Under the pieces are notes generated by a model. That model was not told the DNA's origin. It saw nothing but the letters and a program-made list of their open reading frames with translations, and did not search any database. A stretch of DNA of 64,000 bases from Eledone cirrhosa (Eukaryota): NCBI GenBank assembly GCA_964016885.1, contig OZ024741.1, forward strand, positions 7,750,001-7,814,000, written 5' to 3'. Shown here one piece after another: positions 51,001 to 64,000 of the stretch (within the stretch, counting starts at the first letter, position 1; every line of letters begins with the position of its first letter). The translations under genes and the position numbers were made by a program.

Positions 51001-54000
51001 TCCAGTGTTACCTTAGACAGTGGTAAAGTTCCTGTGTTACACTAGCCAGTGGTAAAGTTCCAGTGTTAACTTAGACAGTTGTAAAGTTCCAGTGTTGCCT
51101 TAGACAGTGGTAAAGTTCCAGTGTTACCCTACACTACACAGTTGTAAAGATCCAGTGTTACCCTAGACAGTGGTAAAGTTCCAGTGTTACCCTAGACAGT
51201 GGTAAAGTTCCAGTGTTACCCTAGATAGTTGTAAAGTTCCAGTGTTACCCTAGACAGTTGTAAACTTCCAGTGTTATCCTAGACTAGACAGTTGTAAAGC
51301 TCCAGTGTTACCCTAGACAGTGGTAAAGTTCCAGTGTTACCCTAGACAGTGGTAAAGTTCCAGTGTTACCCTAAATAGTTCTAAAGTTCCAGTGTTACCC
51401 TAGACAGTGGTAAACTTCCAGTGTTACCCTAGACAGATGTAAAGTTCCAGTGTTACCATAGACAGTGGTAAAGTTCCAGTGTTAAACTAGACAGTTGTAA
51501 AGTTCCAGTGTCACCCTAGACAGTGGTAAAGTTCCAGTGTTACCCTAGACTAGACAGTTGTAAAGCTCCAGTGTTACCCTAGACAGTCGTAAAATTCCAG
51601 TGTTACCCTAGACAGTGGTAAAGTTCCAGTGTTACCCTAGACAGTTGTAAAGTTCCAGTGTTACCCTAGACAGTGGTAAAGTTCCAGTGTTTCCCTAGAC
51701 AGTGGTAAATTTCCAGTGTTACACTAGATAGTTGTAAAGTTCCAGTGTTTCCCTAGACAGTGGTAAAGTTCCAGTGTTACACTAGACAGTGGTAAAGTTC
51801 CAGTGTTTCCTTAGACAGTGGTAAAGTTCCAGTGTTACCCTAGACAGTGGAAAAGTTCCAGTGTTTCCCTAGACAGTGGTAAATTTCCAGTGTTACACTA
51901 GATAGTTGTAAAGTTCCAGTGTTTCCCTAGACAGTGGTAAAGTTCCAGTGTTTCCCTAGACAGTGGTAAAGTTCCAGTGTTTCCCTAGACAGTGGTTAAG
52001 TTCCAGTGTTACCCTAGACAGTGGTAAAGTTCCAGTGTTACCCTAGACAGTGGTAAAGTTCCAGTGTTTCCCTAGACAGTGGTAAAGTTCCAGTGTTACC
52101 CTAGACAGTTGTAAAGTTCCAGTGTTACCCTAGACAGTGGTAAAGTTACAGTGTTACCGTAGACAGTTGTAAAGTTCCAGTGTTACCCGAGACAGTTGTA
52201 AAGTTCCAGTGTTACCCTAGACAGTTGTAAGGTTTCAGTGTTACCATAGACAGTGGTAAAGTTCCAGTGTTACCCTAGACAGTGGTAAAGTTCCAGTGTT
52301 ACCCTAGACAGTGGTAAAGTTCCAGTGTTACCCTAGACAGTTGTAAGGCGCCAGTGTTACCCTAGACAGTGGTAAAGTTCCAGTGTTACCCAAGACAGTG
52401 GTAGAAGTTCCAGTGTTACCCTAGACAGTTGTAAAGTTCCAGTGTTACCCTAGACAGTTCTAAAGTTCCAGTGTTACCCTAGACAGTTATAAAGTTCCAG
52501 TGTTGCCCTAGACAGTTGTAAAGTTCCAGTGTTACCCAAGACAGTGGTAAAGTTCCAGTGTTACCCTAGACAGTTGTAAAGTGCCAGTGTTACCCTAGAC
52601 AGCGGTAAAGTTCCAGTGTTACCCTAGATAGTTCTAAAGTTCCAGTGTTACCCTAGACAATGGTAAAGTTCCAGTGGTACCCTAGACAGTTGTAAAGTTC
52701 CAGTGTTACCCTAAATAGTTCTAAAGTTCCAGTGTTAACTTAGACAGTTGTAAAGTTCCAGTGTTGCCTTAGACAGTGGTAAAGTTCCAGTGTTACCCTA
52801 CACTACACAGTTGTAAAGATCCAGTGTTACCCTAGACAGTGGTAAAGTTCCAGTGTTACCCTAGACAGTGGTAAAGTTCCAGTGTTACCCTAGATAGTTG
52901 TAAAGTTCCAGTGTTACCCTAGACAGTTGTAAACTTCCAGTGTTATCCTAGACTAGACAGTTGTAAAGCTCCAGTGTTACCCTAGACAGTGGTAAAGTTC
53001 CAGTGTTACCCTAGACAGTGGTAAAGTTCCAGTGTTACCCTAAATAGTTCTAAAGTTCCAGTGTTACCCTAGACAGTGGTAAACTTCCAGTGTTACCCTA
53101 GACAGATGTAAAGTTCCAGTGTTACCATAGACAGTGGTAAAGTTCCAGTGTTAAACTAGACAGTTGTAAAGTTCCAGTGTCACCCTAGACAGTGGTAAAG
53201 TTCCAGTGTTACCCTAGACTAGACAGTTGTAAAGCTCCAGTGTTACCCTAGACAGTCGTAAAATTCCAGTGTTACCCTAGACAGTGGTAAAGTTCCAGTG
53301 TTACCCTAGACAGTTGTAAAGTTCCAGTGTTACCCTAGACAGTGGTAAAGTTCCAGTGTTTCCCTAGACAGTGGTAAATTTCCAGTGTTACACTAGATAG
53401 TTGTAAAGTTCCAGTGTTTCCCTAGACAGTGGTAAAGTTCCAGTGTTACACTAGACAGTGGTAAAGTTCCAGTGTTTCCTTAGACAGTGGTAAAGTTCCA
53501 GTGTTACCCTAGACAGTGGAAAAGTTCCAGTGTTTCCCTAGACAGTGGTAAATTTCCAGTGTTACACTAGATAGTTGTAAAGTTCCAGTGTTTCCCTAGA
53601 CAGTGGTAAAGTTCCAGTGTTTCCCTAGACAGTGGTAAAGTTCCAGTGTTTCCCTAGACAGTGGTTAAGTTCCAGTGTTACCCTAGACAGTGGTAAAGTT
53701 CCAGTGTTACCCTAGACAGTGGTAAAGTTCCAGTGTTTCCCTAGACAGTGGTAAAGTTCCAGTGTTACCCTAGACAGTTGTAAAGTTCCAGTGTTACCCT
53801 AGACAGTGTTAAAGTTACAGTGTTACCGTAGACAGTTGTAAAGTTCCAGTGTTACCCGAGACAGTTGTAAAGTTCCAGTGTTACCCTAGACAGTTGTAAG
53901 GTTTCAGTGTTACCATAGACAGTGGTAAAGTTCCAGTGTTACCCTAGACAGTGGTAAAGTTCCAGTGTTACCCTAGACAGTGGTAAAGTTCCAGTGTTAC

Positions 54001-57000
54001 CCTAGACAGTTGTAAGGCGCCAGTGTTACCCTAGACAGTGGTAAAGTTCCAGTGTTACCCAAGACAGTGGTAGAAGTTCCAGTGTTACCCTAGACAGTTG
54101 TAAAGTTCCAGTGTTACCCTAGACAGTTCTAAAGTTCCAGTGTTACCCTAGACAGTTATAAAGTTCCAGTGTTGCCCTAGACAGTTGTAAAGTTCCAGTG
54201 TTACCCAAGACAGTGGTAAAGTTCCAGTGTTACCCTAGACAGTTGTAAAGTGCCAGTGTTACCCTAGACAGCGGTAAAGTTCCAGTGTTACCCTAGATAG
54301 TTCTAAAGTTCCAGTGTTACCCTAGACAATGGTAAAGTTCCAGTGGTACCCTAGACAGTTGTAAAGTTCCAGTGTTACCCTAAATAGTTCTAAAGTTCCA
54401 GTGTTAACTTAGACAGTTGTAAAGTTCCAGTGTTGCCTTAGACAGTGGTAAAGTTCCAGTGTTACCCTACACTACACAGTTGTAAAGATCCAGTGTTACC
54501 CTAGACAGTGGTAAAGTTCCAGTGTTACCCTAGACAGTGGTAAAGTTCCAGTGTTACCATAGATAGTTGTAAAGTTCCAGTGTTACCCTAGACATTTGTA
54601 AAGTTCCAGTGTTATCCTAGACTAGACAGTTGTAAAGCTCCAGTGTTACCCTAGACAGTGGTAAAGTTCCAGTGTTACCCTAGACAGTGGTAAAGTTCCA
54701 GTGTTACCCTAAATAGTTCTAAAGTTCCAGTGTTACCCTAGACAGTGGTAAACTTCCAGTGTTACCCTAGACAGATGTAAAGTTCCAGTGTTACCATAGA
54801 CAGTGGTAAAGTTCCAGTGTTAAACTAGACAGTTGTAAAGTTCCAGTGTCACCCTAGACAGTGGTAAAGTTCCAGTGTTACCCTAGACTAGACAGTTGTA
54901 AAGCTCCAGTGTTACCCTAGACTAGACAGTTGTAAAGCTCCAGTGTTACCCTAGACAGTCGTAAAATTCCAGTGTTACCCTAGACAGTGGTAAAGTTCCA
55001 GTGTTACCCTAGACAGTTGTAAAGTTCCAGTGTTACCCTAGACAGTGGTAAAGTTCCAGTGTTTCCCTAGACAGTGGTAAATTTCCAGTGTTACACTAGA
55101 TAGTTGTAAAGTTCCAGTGTTTCCCTAGACAGTGGTAAAGTTCCAGTGTTACACTAGACGGTGGTAAAGTTCCAGTGTTTCCTTAGACAGTGGTAAAGTT
55201 CCAGTGTTACCCTAGACAGTGGAAAAGTTCCAGTGTTTCCCTAGACAGTGGTAAATTTCCAGTGTTACACTAGATAGTTGTAAAGTTCCAGTGTTTCCCT
55301 AGACAGTGGTAAAGTTCCAGTGTTTCCCTAGACAGTGGTAAAGTTCCAGTGTTTCCCTAGACAGTGGTTAAATTCCAGTGTTACCCTAGACAGTGGTAAA
55401 GTTCCAGTGTTACCCTAGACAGTGGTAAAGTTCCAGTGTTTCCCTAGACAGTGGTAAAGTTCCAGTGTTACCCTAGACAGTTGTAAAGTTCCAGTGTTAC
55501 CCTAGACAGTTGTAAAGTTCCAGTGTTACCCTAGACAGTTGTAAGGCTCCAGTGTTACCCTAGACAGTGGTAAAGTTCCAGTGTTTCCCTAGACAGTGGT
55601 AAAGTTCCAGTGTTTCCCTAGACAGTGGTATAGTTCCAGTGTTTCCCTAGACAGTGGTAAAGTTACAGTGTTACCCTAGACAGTTGTAAAGTTCCAGTGT
55701 TACACTAGACAGTGGTAAAGTTCCAGTGTTTCCCTAGACAGTGGTAAAGTTCCAGTGTTTCCCTAGACAGTGGTAAAGTTCCAGTGTTTCCCTAGACAGT
55801 GGTAAAGTTCCAGTGTTACCCTAGACAGTTGTAAAGTTCCAGTGTTACACTAGACAGTGGTAAAGTTCCAGTGTTTCCTTAGACAGTGGTAAAGTTCCAG
55901 TGTTACCCTAGACAGTGGAAAAGTTCCAGTGTTTCCCTAGACAGTGGTAAATTTCCAGTGTTACACTAGATAGATGTAAAGTTCCAGTGTTTACCTAGAC
56001 AGTGGTAAAGTTCCAGTGTTACCCTAGATAGTGGTAAGGCTCCAGTGTTACCCTAGACAGTGGTAAAGTTCCAGTGTTACCCTAGACAGTGGTAAAGTTC
56101 CAGTGTTACCCTAGATAATGGTAAGGCTCCAGTGTTACCCTAGACAGTGGTAAAGTTCCAGTGTTACCCAAGACAGTGGTAAAGTTCCAGTGTTTCCCTA
56201 GACAGTGGTAAAGTTCCAGTGTTTCCCTAGACAGTGGTAAAGTTCCAGTGTTTCCCTAGACAGTGGTAAAATTCCAGTGTTACCCTAGACAGTTGTAAAG
56301 TTCCAGTGTTACACTAGACAGTGGTAAAGTTCCAGTGTTTCCCTAGACAGTGGTAAAGTTCCAGTGTTACCCTAGACAGTGGTAAAGTTCCAGTGTTTCC
56401 CTAGTCAGAGGTAAAGTTCCAGTGTTTCCCTAGACAGTGGTAAAGTTCCAGTGTTACCCTAGACAGTTGTAAAGTTCCAGTGTTACACTAGACAGTGGTA
56501 AAGTTCCAGTGTTTCCCTAGACAGTGGTAAAGTTCCAGTGTTACCCTAGACAGTGGTAAAGTTCCAGTGTTTCCCTAGTCAGTGGTAAAGTTCCAGTGTT
56601 TCCCTAGACAGTGGTAAAGTTCCAGTGTTACCCTAGACAGTTGTAAAGTTCCAGTGTTACCCTAGACAGTGGTAAAGTTCCAGTGTTACCCTAGACAGTG
56701 GTAAAGTTCCAGTGTTTCCCTAGACAGTGGTAAAGTTACAGTGTTACCGTAGACAGTTGTAAAGTTCCAGTGTTACCCTAGACAGTTGTAAAGTTCCAGT
56801 GTTACCCTAGACAGTTGTAACGCTTCAGTGTTACCATAGACAGTGGTAAAGTTCCAGTGTTACCCTAGACAGTGGTAAAGTTCCAGTGTTACCCTAGACA
56901 GTGGTAAAGTTCCAGTGTTACCCTAGACAGTTGTAAGGCGCCAGTGTTACTCTAGACAGTGGTTAAGTTCCAGTGTTACCCAAGACAGTGGTAGAAGTTC

Positions 57001-60000
57001 CAGTGTTACCCTAGACAGTTGTAAAGTTCCAGTGTTACCCTAGACAGTTCTAAAGTTCCAGTGTTACCCTAGACAGTTATAAAGTTCCAGTGTTATCCTA
57101 GACAGTTGTAAAGTTCCAGTATTACAATAGACAGTGGAAAGTTCCAGTGTTAACCTAAATAGTTCTAAACTTCCGGTGTTACCCTAGACAGTTGTAAAGT
57201 GCCAGTGTTACCCTAGACAGCGGTAAAGTTCCAGTGTTACCCTAGATAGTTCTAAAGTTCCAGTGTTACCCTAGACAATGGTAAAGTTCCAGTGTTACCC
57301 TAGACAGTTGTAAAGTTCCAGTGTTACCCTAAATAGTTCTAAAGTTCCAGTGTTACCTTAGACAGTGGTAAAGTTCCTCTGTTACCCTAGCCAGTGGTAA
57401 AGTTCCAGTGTTAACTTAGACAGTTGTAAAGTTCCAGTGTTGCCTTAGACAGTGGTAAAGTTCCAGTGTTACCCTACACTACACAGTTGTAAAGATCCAG
57501 TGTTACCCTAGACAGTGGTAAAGTTCCAGTGTTACCCTAGACAGTGGTAAAGTTCCAGTGTTACCCTAGATAGTTGTAAAGTTCCAGTGTTACCCTAGAC
57601 AGTTGTAAAGTTCCAGTGTTATCCTAGACTAGACAGTTGTAAAGCTCCAGTGTTACCCTAGACAGTGGTAAAGTTCCAGTGTTACCCTAGACAGTGGTAA
57701 AGTTCCAGTGTTACCCTAAATAGTTCTAAAGTTCCAGTGTTACCCTAGACAGTGGTAAACTTAGAGTGTTACCCTAGACAGATGTAAAGTTCCAGTGTTA
57801 CCATAGACAGTGGTAAAGTTCCAGTGTTAAACTAGACAGTTGTAAAGTTCCAGTGTTACCCTAGACAGTGGTAAAGTTCCATTGTTACCCTAGACTAGAC
57901 AGTTGTAAAGCTCCAGTGTTACCCTAGACTAGACAGTTGTAAAGCTCCAGTGTTACCCTAGACAGTCGTAAAATTCCAGTGTTACCCTAGACAGTGGTAA
58001 AGTTCCAGTGTTACCCTAGACAGTTGTAAAGTTCCAGTGTTACCCTAGACAGTGGTAAAGTTCCAGTGTTTCCCCAGACAGTGGTAAATTTCCAGTGTTA
58101 CACTAGATAATTGTAAAGTTCCAGTGTTTCCCTAGACAGAGGTAAAGTTCCAGTGTTACCCTAGACAGTGGTAAATTTCCAGTGTTACTCTAGACAGTGG
58201 TAAAGTTCCAGTGTTACACTAGACAGTGGTAAAGTTCCAGTGATTCCCTAGACAGTGGTAAAGTTCCAGTGTTTCCCTAGACAGTGGTATAGTTCCAGTG
58301 TTTCCCTAGACAGTGGTAAAGTTCCAGTGTTACCCTAGACAGTTGTAAAGTTCCAGTGTTACCCTAGACAGTGGTAAAGTTCCAGTGTTTCCCTAGACAG
58401 TGGTAAAGTTCCAGTGTTACCCTAGACAGTGGTAAAGTTCCAGTGTTTCCCTAGAGAGTGGTAAAGTTCCAGTGTTTCCCTAGACAGTGGTAAAGTTCCA
58501 GTGTTTCCCTAGACAGTTGTAAAGTTCCAGTCTTAACCTAGACAGTGGTAAAGTTCCAGTGTTACCCTAGACAGTGGTAAAGTTCCAGTGTTTCCCTAGA
58601 CAGTGGTAAAGTTCCAGTGTTACCCTAGACAGTTGTAAAGTTCCAGTGTTAACCTAGACAGTGGTAAAGTTCCAGTGTTACCCTAGACAGTGGTAAAGTT
58701 CCAGTGTTTCCCTAGACAGTGGTAAAGTTCCAATGTTACCCTTGACAGTGGTAAAGTTCCAGTGTTACCCTAGACAGATGTAAAGTTCCAGTGTTACCCT
58801 AGACAGTTGTAAAGTTCCAGTGTTATCCTAGACTAGACAGTTGTAAAGCTCCAGTGTTACCCTAAACAGTGGTAAAGTTCCAGTGTTACCCTAAATAGTT
58901 CTAAAGTTCCAGTGTTACCCTAAACAATGTTAAAGTTCCAGTGTTACCCTAGACAGTGGTAAAGTTCCAGTGTTACACTAGACAGTTGTAAAGTTCCAGT
59001 GTTATCCTAGACTAGACAGTTGTAAAGCTCCAGTGTTACCCTAGACAGTGTTAAATTCCAGTGTTAACCTAAATAGTTCTAAAGTTCCAGTGTTACACTA
59101 CACAGTGGTAAAGTTCCAGTGTTACCCTAGACAGTGGTAAAGTTCCAGTGTTACCCTAGATAGTTCTAAAGTTCCAGTGTTACACTAGATAATGGTAAAG
59201 TTCCAGTGTTACCCTAGACAGTTGTAAAGTTCCAGTGTTACCCTAAATAGTTCTAAAGTTCCAGTGTTACCTTAGACAGTGGTAAAGTTCCTGTGTTACC
59301 CTAGACAGTGGTAAAGTTCCAGTGTTAACCTAGACAGTTGTAAAGTTCCAGTGTTGCCTTAGACAGTGGTAAAGTTCCAGTGTTACCCTACACTACACAG
59401 TTGTAAAGATCCAGTGTTACCCTAGACAGTTGTAAAGTTCCAGTGTTACACTAGACAGTGGTAAAGTTCCAGTGTTTCCCTAGACAGTGGTAAAGTTCCA
59501 GTGTTACCCTAGACAGTGGTAAAGTTCCAGTGTCTCCCTAGTCAGTGGTAAAGTTCCAGTGTTTCCCTAGACAGTGGTAAAGTTCCAGTGTTACCCTAGA
59601 CAGTTGTAAAGTTCCAGTGTTACCCTAGACAGTGGTAAAGTTCCAGTGTTACCCTAGACAGTGGTAAAGTTCCAGTGTTTCCCTAGACAGTGGTAAAGTT
59701 ACAGTGTTACCGTAGACAGTTGTAAAGTTCCAGTGTTACCCTAGACAGTTGTAAAGTTCCAGTGTTACCCTAGACAGTTGTAAGGCTTCAGTGTTACCAT
59801 AGACAGTGGTAAAGTTCCAGTGTTACCCTAGACAGTGGTAAAGTTCCAGTGTTACCCTAGACAGTGGTAAAGTTCCAGTGTTACCCTAGACAGTTGTAAG
59901 GTGCCAGTGTTACCCTAGACTGTGGTAAAGTTCCAGTGTTACCCAAGACAGTGGTAGAAGTTCCAGTGTTACCCTAGACAGTTGTAAAGTTCCAGTGTTA

Positions 60001-63000
60001 CCCTAGACAGTTCTAAAGTTCCAGTGTTACCCTAGACAGATATAAAGTTCCAGTGTTACCCTAGACAGTTGTAAAGTTCCAGTATTACAATAGACAGTGG
60101 AAAGTTCCAGTGTTAACCTAAATAGTTCTAAAGTTCCTGTGTTACCCTAGACAGTTGTAAAGTTCCAGTGTTACCCTAGACAGTTGTAAAGTTCCAGTGT
60201 TGCCTTAGACAGTGGTAAAGTTCCAGTGTTACCCAACACTACACAGTTGTAAAGATCCAGTGTTACCCTAGACAGTGGTAAAGTTACAGTGTTACCCTAG
60301 ACAGTTGTAAAGTTCCAGTGTTACCCTAGATAGATGTAAAGTTCCAGTGTTACCCTAGACAGTTGTAAAGTTCCAGTGTTATCCTAGACTAGACAGTTGT
60401 AAAGCTCCAGTGTTACCCTAGACAGTGGTAAAGTTCCAGTGTTACCCTAGACAGTGGTAAAGTTCCAGTGTTACCCTAAATAGTTCTAAAGTTCCAGTGT
60501 TACCCTAGACAGTGGTAAACTTCCAGTGTTACCCTAGACAGATGTAAAGTTCCAGTGTTACCATAGACAGTGGTAAAGTTCCAGTGTTTCCCTAGACAGT
60601 GGTATAGTTCCAGTGTTTCCCTAGACAGTGGTAAAGTTCCAGTGTTACCCTAGACAGTTGTAAAGTTCCAGTGTTACCCTAGACAGTGGTAAAGTTCCAG
60701 TGTTTCCCTAGACAGTGGTAAAGTTCCAGTGTTACCCTAGACAGTGGTAAAGTTCCAGTGTTTCCCTAGAGAGTGGTAAAGTTCCAGTGTTTCCCTAGAC
60801 AGTGGTAAAGTTCCAGTGTTTCCCTAGACAGTTGTAAAGTTCCAGTCTTAACCTAGACAGTGGTAAAGTTCCAGTGTTACCCTAGACAGTGGTAAAGTTC
60901 CAGTGTTTCCCTAGACAGTGGTAAAGTTCCAGTGTTACCCTAGACAGTTGTAAAGTTCCAGTGTTAACCTAGACAGTGGTAAAGTTCCAGTGTTACCCTA
61001 GACAGTGGTAAAGTTCCAGTGTTTCCCTAGACAGTGGTAAAGTTCCAATGTTACCCTTGACAGTGGTAAAGTTCCAGTGTTACCCTAGACAGATGTAAAG
61101 TTCCAGTGTTACCCTAGACAGTTGTAAAGTTCCAGTGTTATCCTAGACTAGACAGTTGTAAAGCTCCAGTGTTACCCTAAACAGTGGTAAAGTTCCAGTG
61201 TTACCCTAAATAGTTCTAAAGTTCCAGTGTTACCCTAAACAATGTTAAAGTTCCAGTGTTACCCTAGACAGTGGTAAAGTTCCAGTGTTACACTAGACAG
61301 TTGTAAAGTTCCAGTGTTATCCTAGACTAGACAGTTGTAAAGCTCCAGTGTTACCCTAGACAGTGTTAAATTCCAGTGTTAACCTAAATAGTTCTAAAGT
61401 TCCAGTGTTACACTACACAGTGGTAAAGTTCCAGTGTTACCCTAGACAGTGGTAAAGTTCCAGTGTTACCCTAGATAGTTCTAAAGTTCCAGTGTTACAC
61501 TAGATAATGGTAAAGTTCCAGTGTTACCCTAGACAGTTGTAAAGTTCCAGTGTTACCCTAAATAGTTCTAAAGTTCCAGTGTTACCTTAGACAGTGGTAA
61601 AGTTCCTGTGTTACCCTAGACAGTGGTAAAGTTCCAGTGTTAACCTAGACAGTTGTAAAGTTCCAGTGTTGCCTTAGACAGTGGTAAAGTTCCAGTGTTA
61701 CCCTACACTACACAGTTGTAAAGATCCAGTGTTACCCTAGACAGTTGTAAAGTTCCAGTGTTACACTAGACAGTGGTAAAGTTCCAGTGTTTCCCTAGAC
61801 AGTGGTAAAGTTCCAGTGTTACCCTAGACAGTGGTAAAGTTCCAGTGTCTCCCTAGTCAGTGGTAAAGTTCCAGTGTTTCCCTAGACAGTGGTAAAGTTC
61901 CAGTGTTACCCTAGACAGTTGTAAAGTTCCAGTGTTACCCTAGACAGTGGTAAAGTTCCAGTGTTACCCTAGACAGTGGTAAAGTTCCAGTGTTTCCCTA
62001 GACAGTGGTAAAGTTACAGTGTTACCGTAGACAGTTGTAAAGTTCCAGTGTTACCCTAGACAGTTGTAAAGTTCCAGTGTTACCCTAGACAGTTGTAAGG
62101 CTTCAGTGTTACCATAGACAGTGGTAAAGTTCCAGTGTTACCCTAGACAGTGGTAAAGTTCCAGTGTTACCCTAGACAGTGGTAAAGTTCCAGTGTTACC
62201 CTAGACAGTTGTAAGGTGCCAGTGTTACCCTAGACTGTGGTAAAGTTCCAGTGTTACCCAAGACAGTGGTAGAAGTTCCAGTGTTACCCTAGACAGTTGT
62301 AAAGTTCCAGTGTTACCCTAGACAGTTCTAAAGTTCCAGTGTTACCCTAGACAGATATAAAGTTCCAGTGTTACCCTAGACAGTTGTAAAGTTCCAGTAT
62401 TACAATAGACAGTGGAAAGTTCCAGTGTTAACCTAAATAGTTCTAAAGTTCCTGTGTTACCCTAGACAGTTGTAAAGTTCCAGTGTTACCCTAGACAGTT
62501 GTAAAGTTCCAGTGTTGCCTTAGACAGTGGTAAAGTTCCAGTGTTACCCAACACTACACAGTTGTAAAGATCCAGTGTTACCCTAGACAGTGGTAAAGTT
62601 ACAGTGTTACCCTAGACAGTTGTAAAGTTCCAGTGTTACCCTAGATAGATGTAAAGTTCCAGTGTTACCCTAGACAGTTGTAAAGTTCCAGTGTTATCCT
62701 AGACTAGACAGTTGTAAAGCTCCAGTGTTACCCTAGACAGTGGTAAAGTTCCAGTGTTACCCTAGACAGTGGTAAAGTTCCAGTGTTACCCTAAATAGTT
62801 CTAAAGTTCCAGTGTTACCCTAGACAGTGGTAAACTTCCAGTGTTACCCTAGACAGATGTAAAGTTCCAGTGTTACCATAGACAGTGGTAAAGTTCCAGT
62901 GTTAAACTAGACAGTTGTAAAGTTCCAGTGTCACCCTAGACAGTGGTAAAGTTCCAGTGTTACCCTAGACTAGACAGTTGTAAAGCTCCAGTGTTACCCT

Positions 63001-64000
63001 AGACTAGACAGTTGTAAAGCTCCAGTGTTACCCTAGACAGTCGTAAAATTCCAGTGTTACCCTAGACAGTGGTAAAGTTCCAGTGTTACCCCAGACAGTT
63101 GTAAAGTTCCAGTGTTTCCCTAGACAGTGGTAAAGTTCCAGTGTTTCCTTAGACAGTGGTAAAGTTCCAGTGTTACCCTAGACAGTGGAAAAGTTCCAGT
63201 GTTTCCCTAGACAGTGGTAAATTTCCAGTGTTACACTAGATAGTTGTAAAGTTCCAGTGTTTCCCTAGACAGTGGTAAAGTACCAGTGTTTCCCTAGACA
63301 ATGGTAAAGTTCCAGTGTTTCCCTAGACAGTGGTTAAGTTCCAGTGGTACCCTAGACAGTGGTAAAGTTCCAGTGTTACCCTAGACAGTGGTAAAGTTCC
63401 AGTGTTTCCCTAGACAGTGGTAAAGTGCCAGTGTTACCCTAGACAGTTGTAAAGTTCCAGTGTTACCCTAGACAGTTGTAAAGTTCCAGTGTTACCCTAG
63501 ACAGTTGTAAGGCTCCAGTGTTACCCTAGACAGTGGTAAAGTTCCAGTGTTTCCCTAGACAGTGGTAAAGTTCCAGTGTTTCCCTAGACAGTGGTATAGT
63601 TCCAGTGTTTCCCTAGACAGTGGTAAAGTTCCAGTGTTACCCTAGACAGTTGTAAAGTTCCAGTGATACACTAGACAGTGGTAAAGTTCCAGTGTTTCCC
63701 TAGACAGTGGTAAAGTTCCAGTGTTTCCCTAGACAGTGGTAAATTTCCAGTGTTTCCCTAGACAGTGGTAAAGTTCCAGTGTTACCCTAGACAGTTGTAA
63801 AGTTCCAGTGTTAAACTAGACAGTGGTAAAGTTCCAGTGTTTCCCTAGACAGTTGTAAAGTTCCAGTGTTAAACTAGACAGTGGTAAAGTTCCAGTGTTT
63901 CCTTAGACAGTGGTAAAGTTCCAGTGTTAGCCTAGACAGTGGAAAAGTTCCAGTGTTTCCCTAGACAGTGGTAAATTTCCAGTGTTACACTAGATAGTTG
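45080..64000. repeat. 29-bp tandem satellite with kb-scale higher-order duplications (runs off window end)
   Basis: Monomer GTTCCAGTGTTACCCTAGACAGTGGTAAA. Rare variants recur at 3709 bp (CTGGTCAGAGG 46347/50056), 1669 bp (AAGGCG 52345/54014) and 2315 bp (CTAGAGAGTG 58451/60766). Confidence 0.98.

Noticed and set aside
45080-64000. CRISPR array (29-bp repeat with dyad)
   Set aside because: Units are head-to-tail with no unique spacers, there are no cas genes, and the context is eukaryotic.

Overview
Gene-poor, repeat-dominated eukaryotic DNA. The abundant (TA)n/(CA)n/(TATG)n tracts and tRNA-derived SINEs resemble an octopus/cephalopod genome (inference). No intact protein-coding gene is supportable. 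Three large tandem arrays (49/51-bp satellite 1-14835; 10/12-bp GT-rich minisatellite 37507-42035; 29-bp satellite 45080-64000) frame a ~30-kb patchwork of retroelement remnants. The main hidden structure is about 18 type-I hammerhead ribozyme (HHR) motifs and variants, from several families of Penelope-like element (PLE) pseudo-LTRs. Nearly all are inserted in (TA)n tracts, and many form fold-back palindromes. Several carry recurrent non-canonical cores (CAGAAGA, CAGUUGA, CUGUUGA/CCGUCGA). One family has a ~60-nt stem II with a covarying helix and a conserved AGUC/YGAG internal loop. Also present: three GIY-YIG PLE lineages, an R4/Dong-like REL endonuclease fragment in (TACA)n, an RTE-derived non-autonomous element with a candidate HDV-like ribozyme, a tRNA-headed fold-back element and two MITEs. 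All structures were read by eye and need computational and biochemical confirmation.
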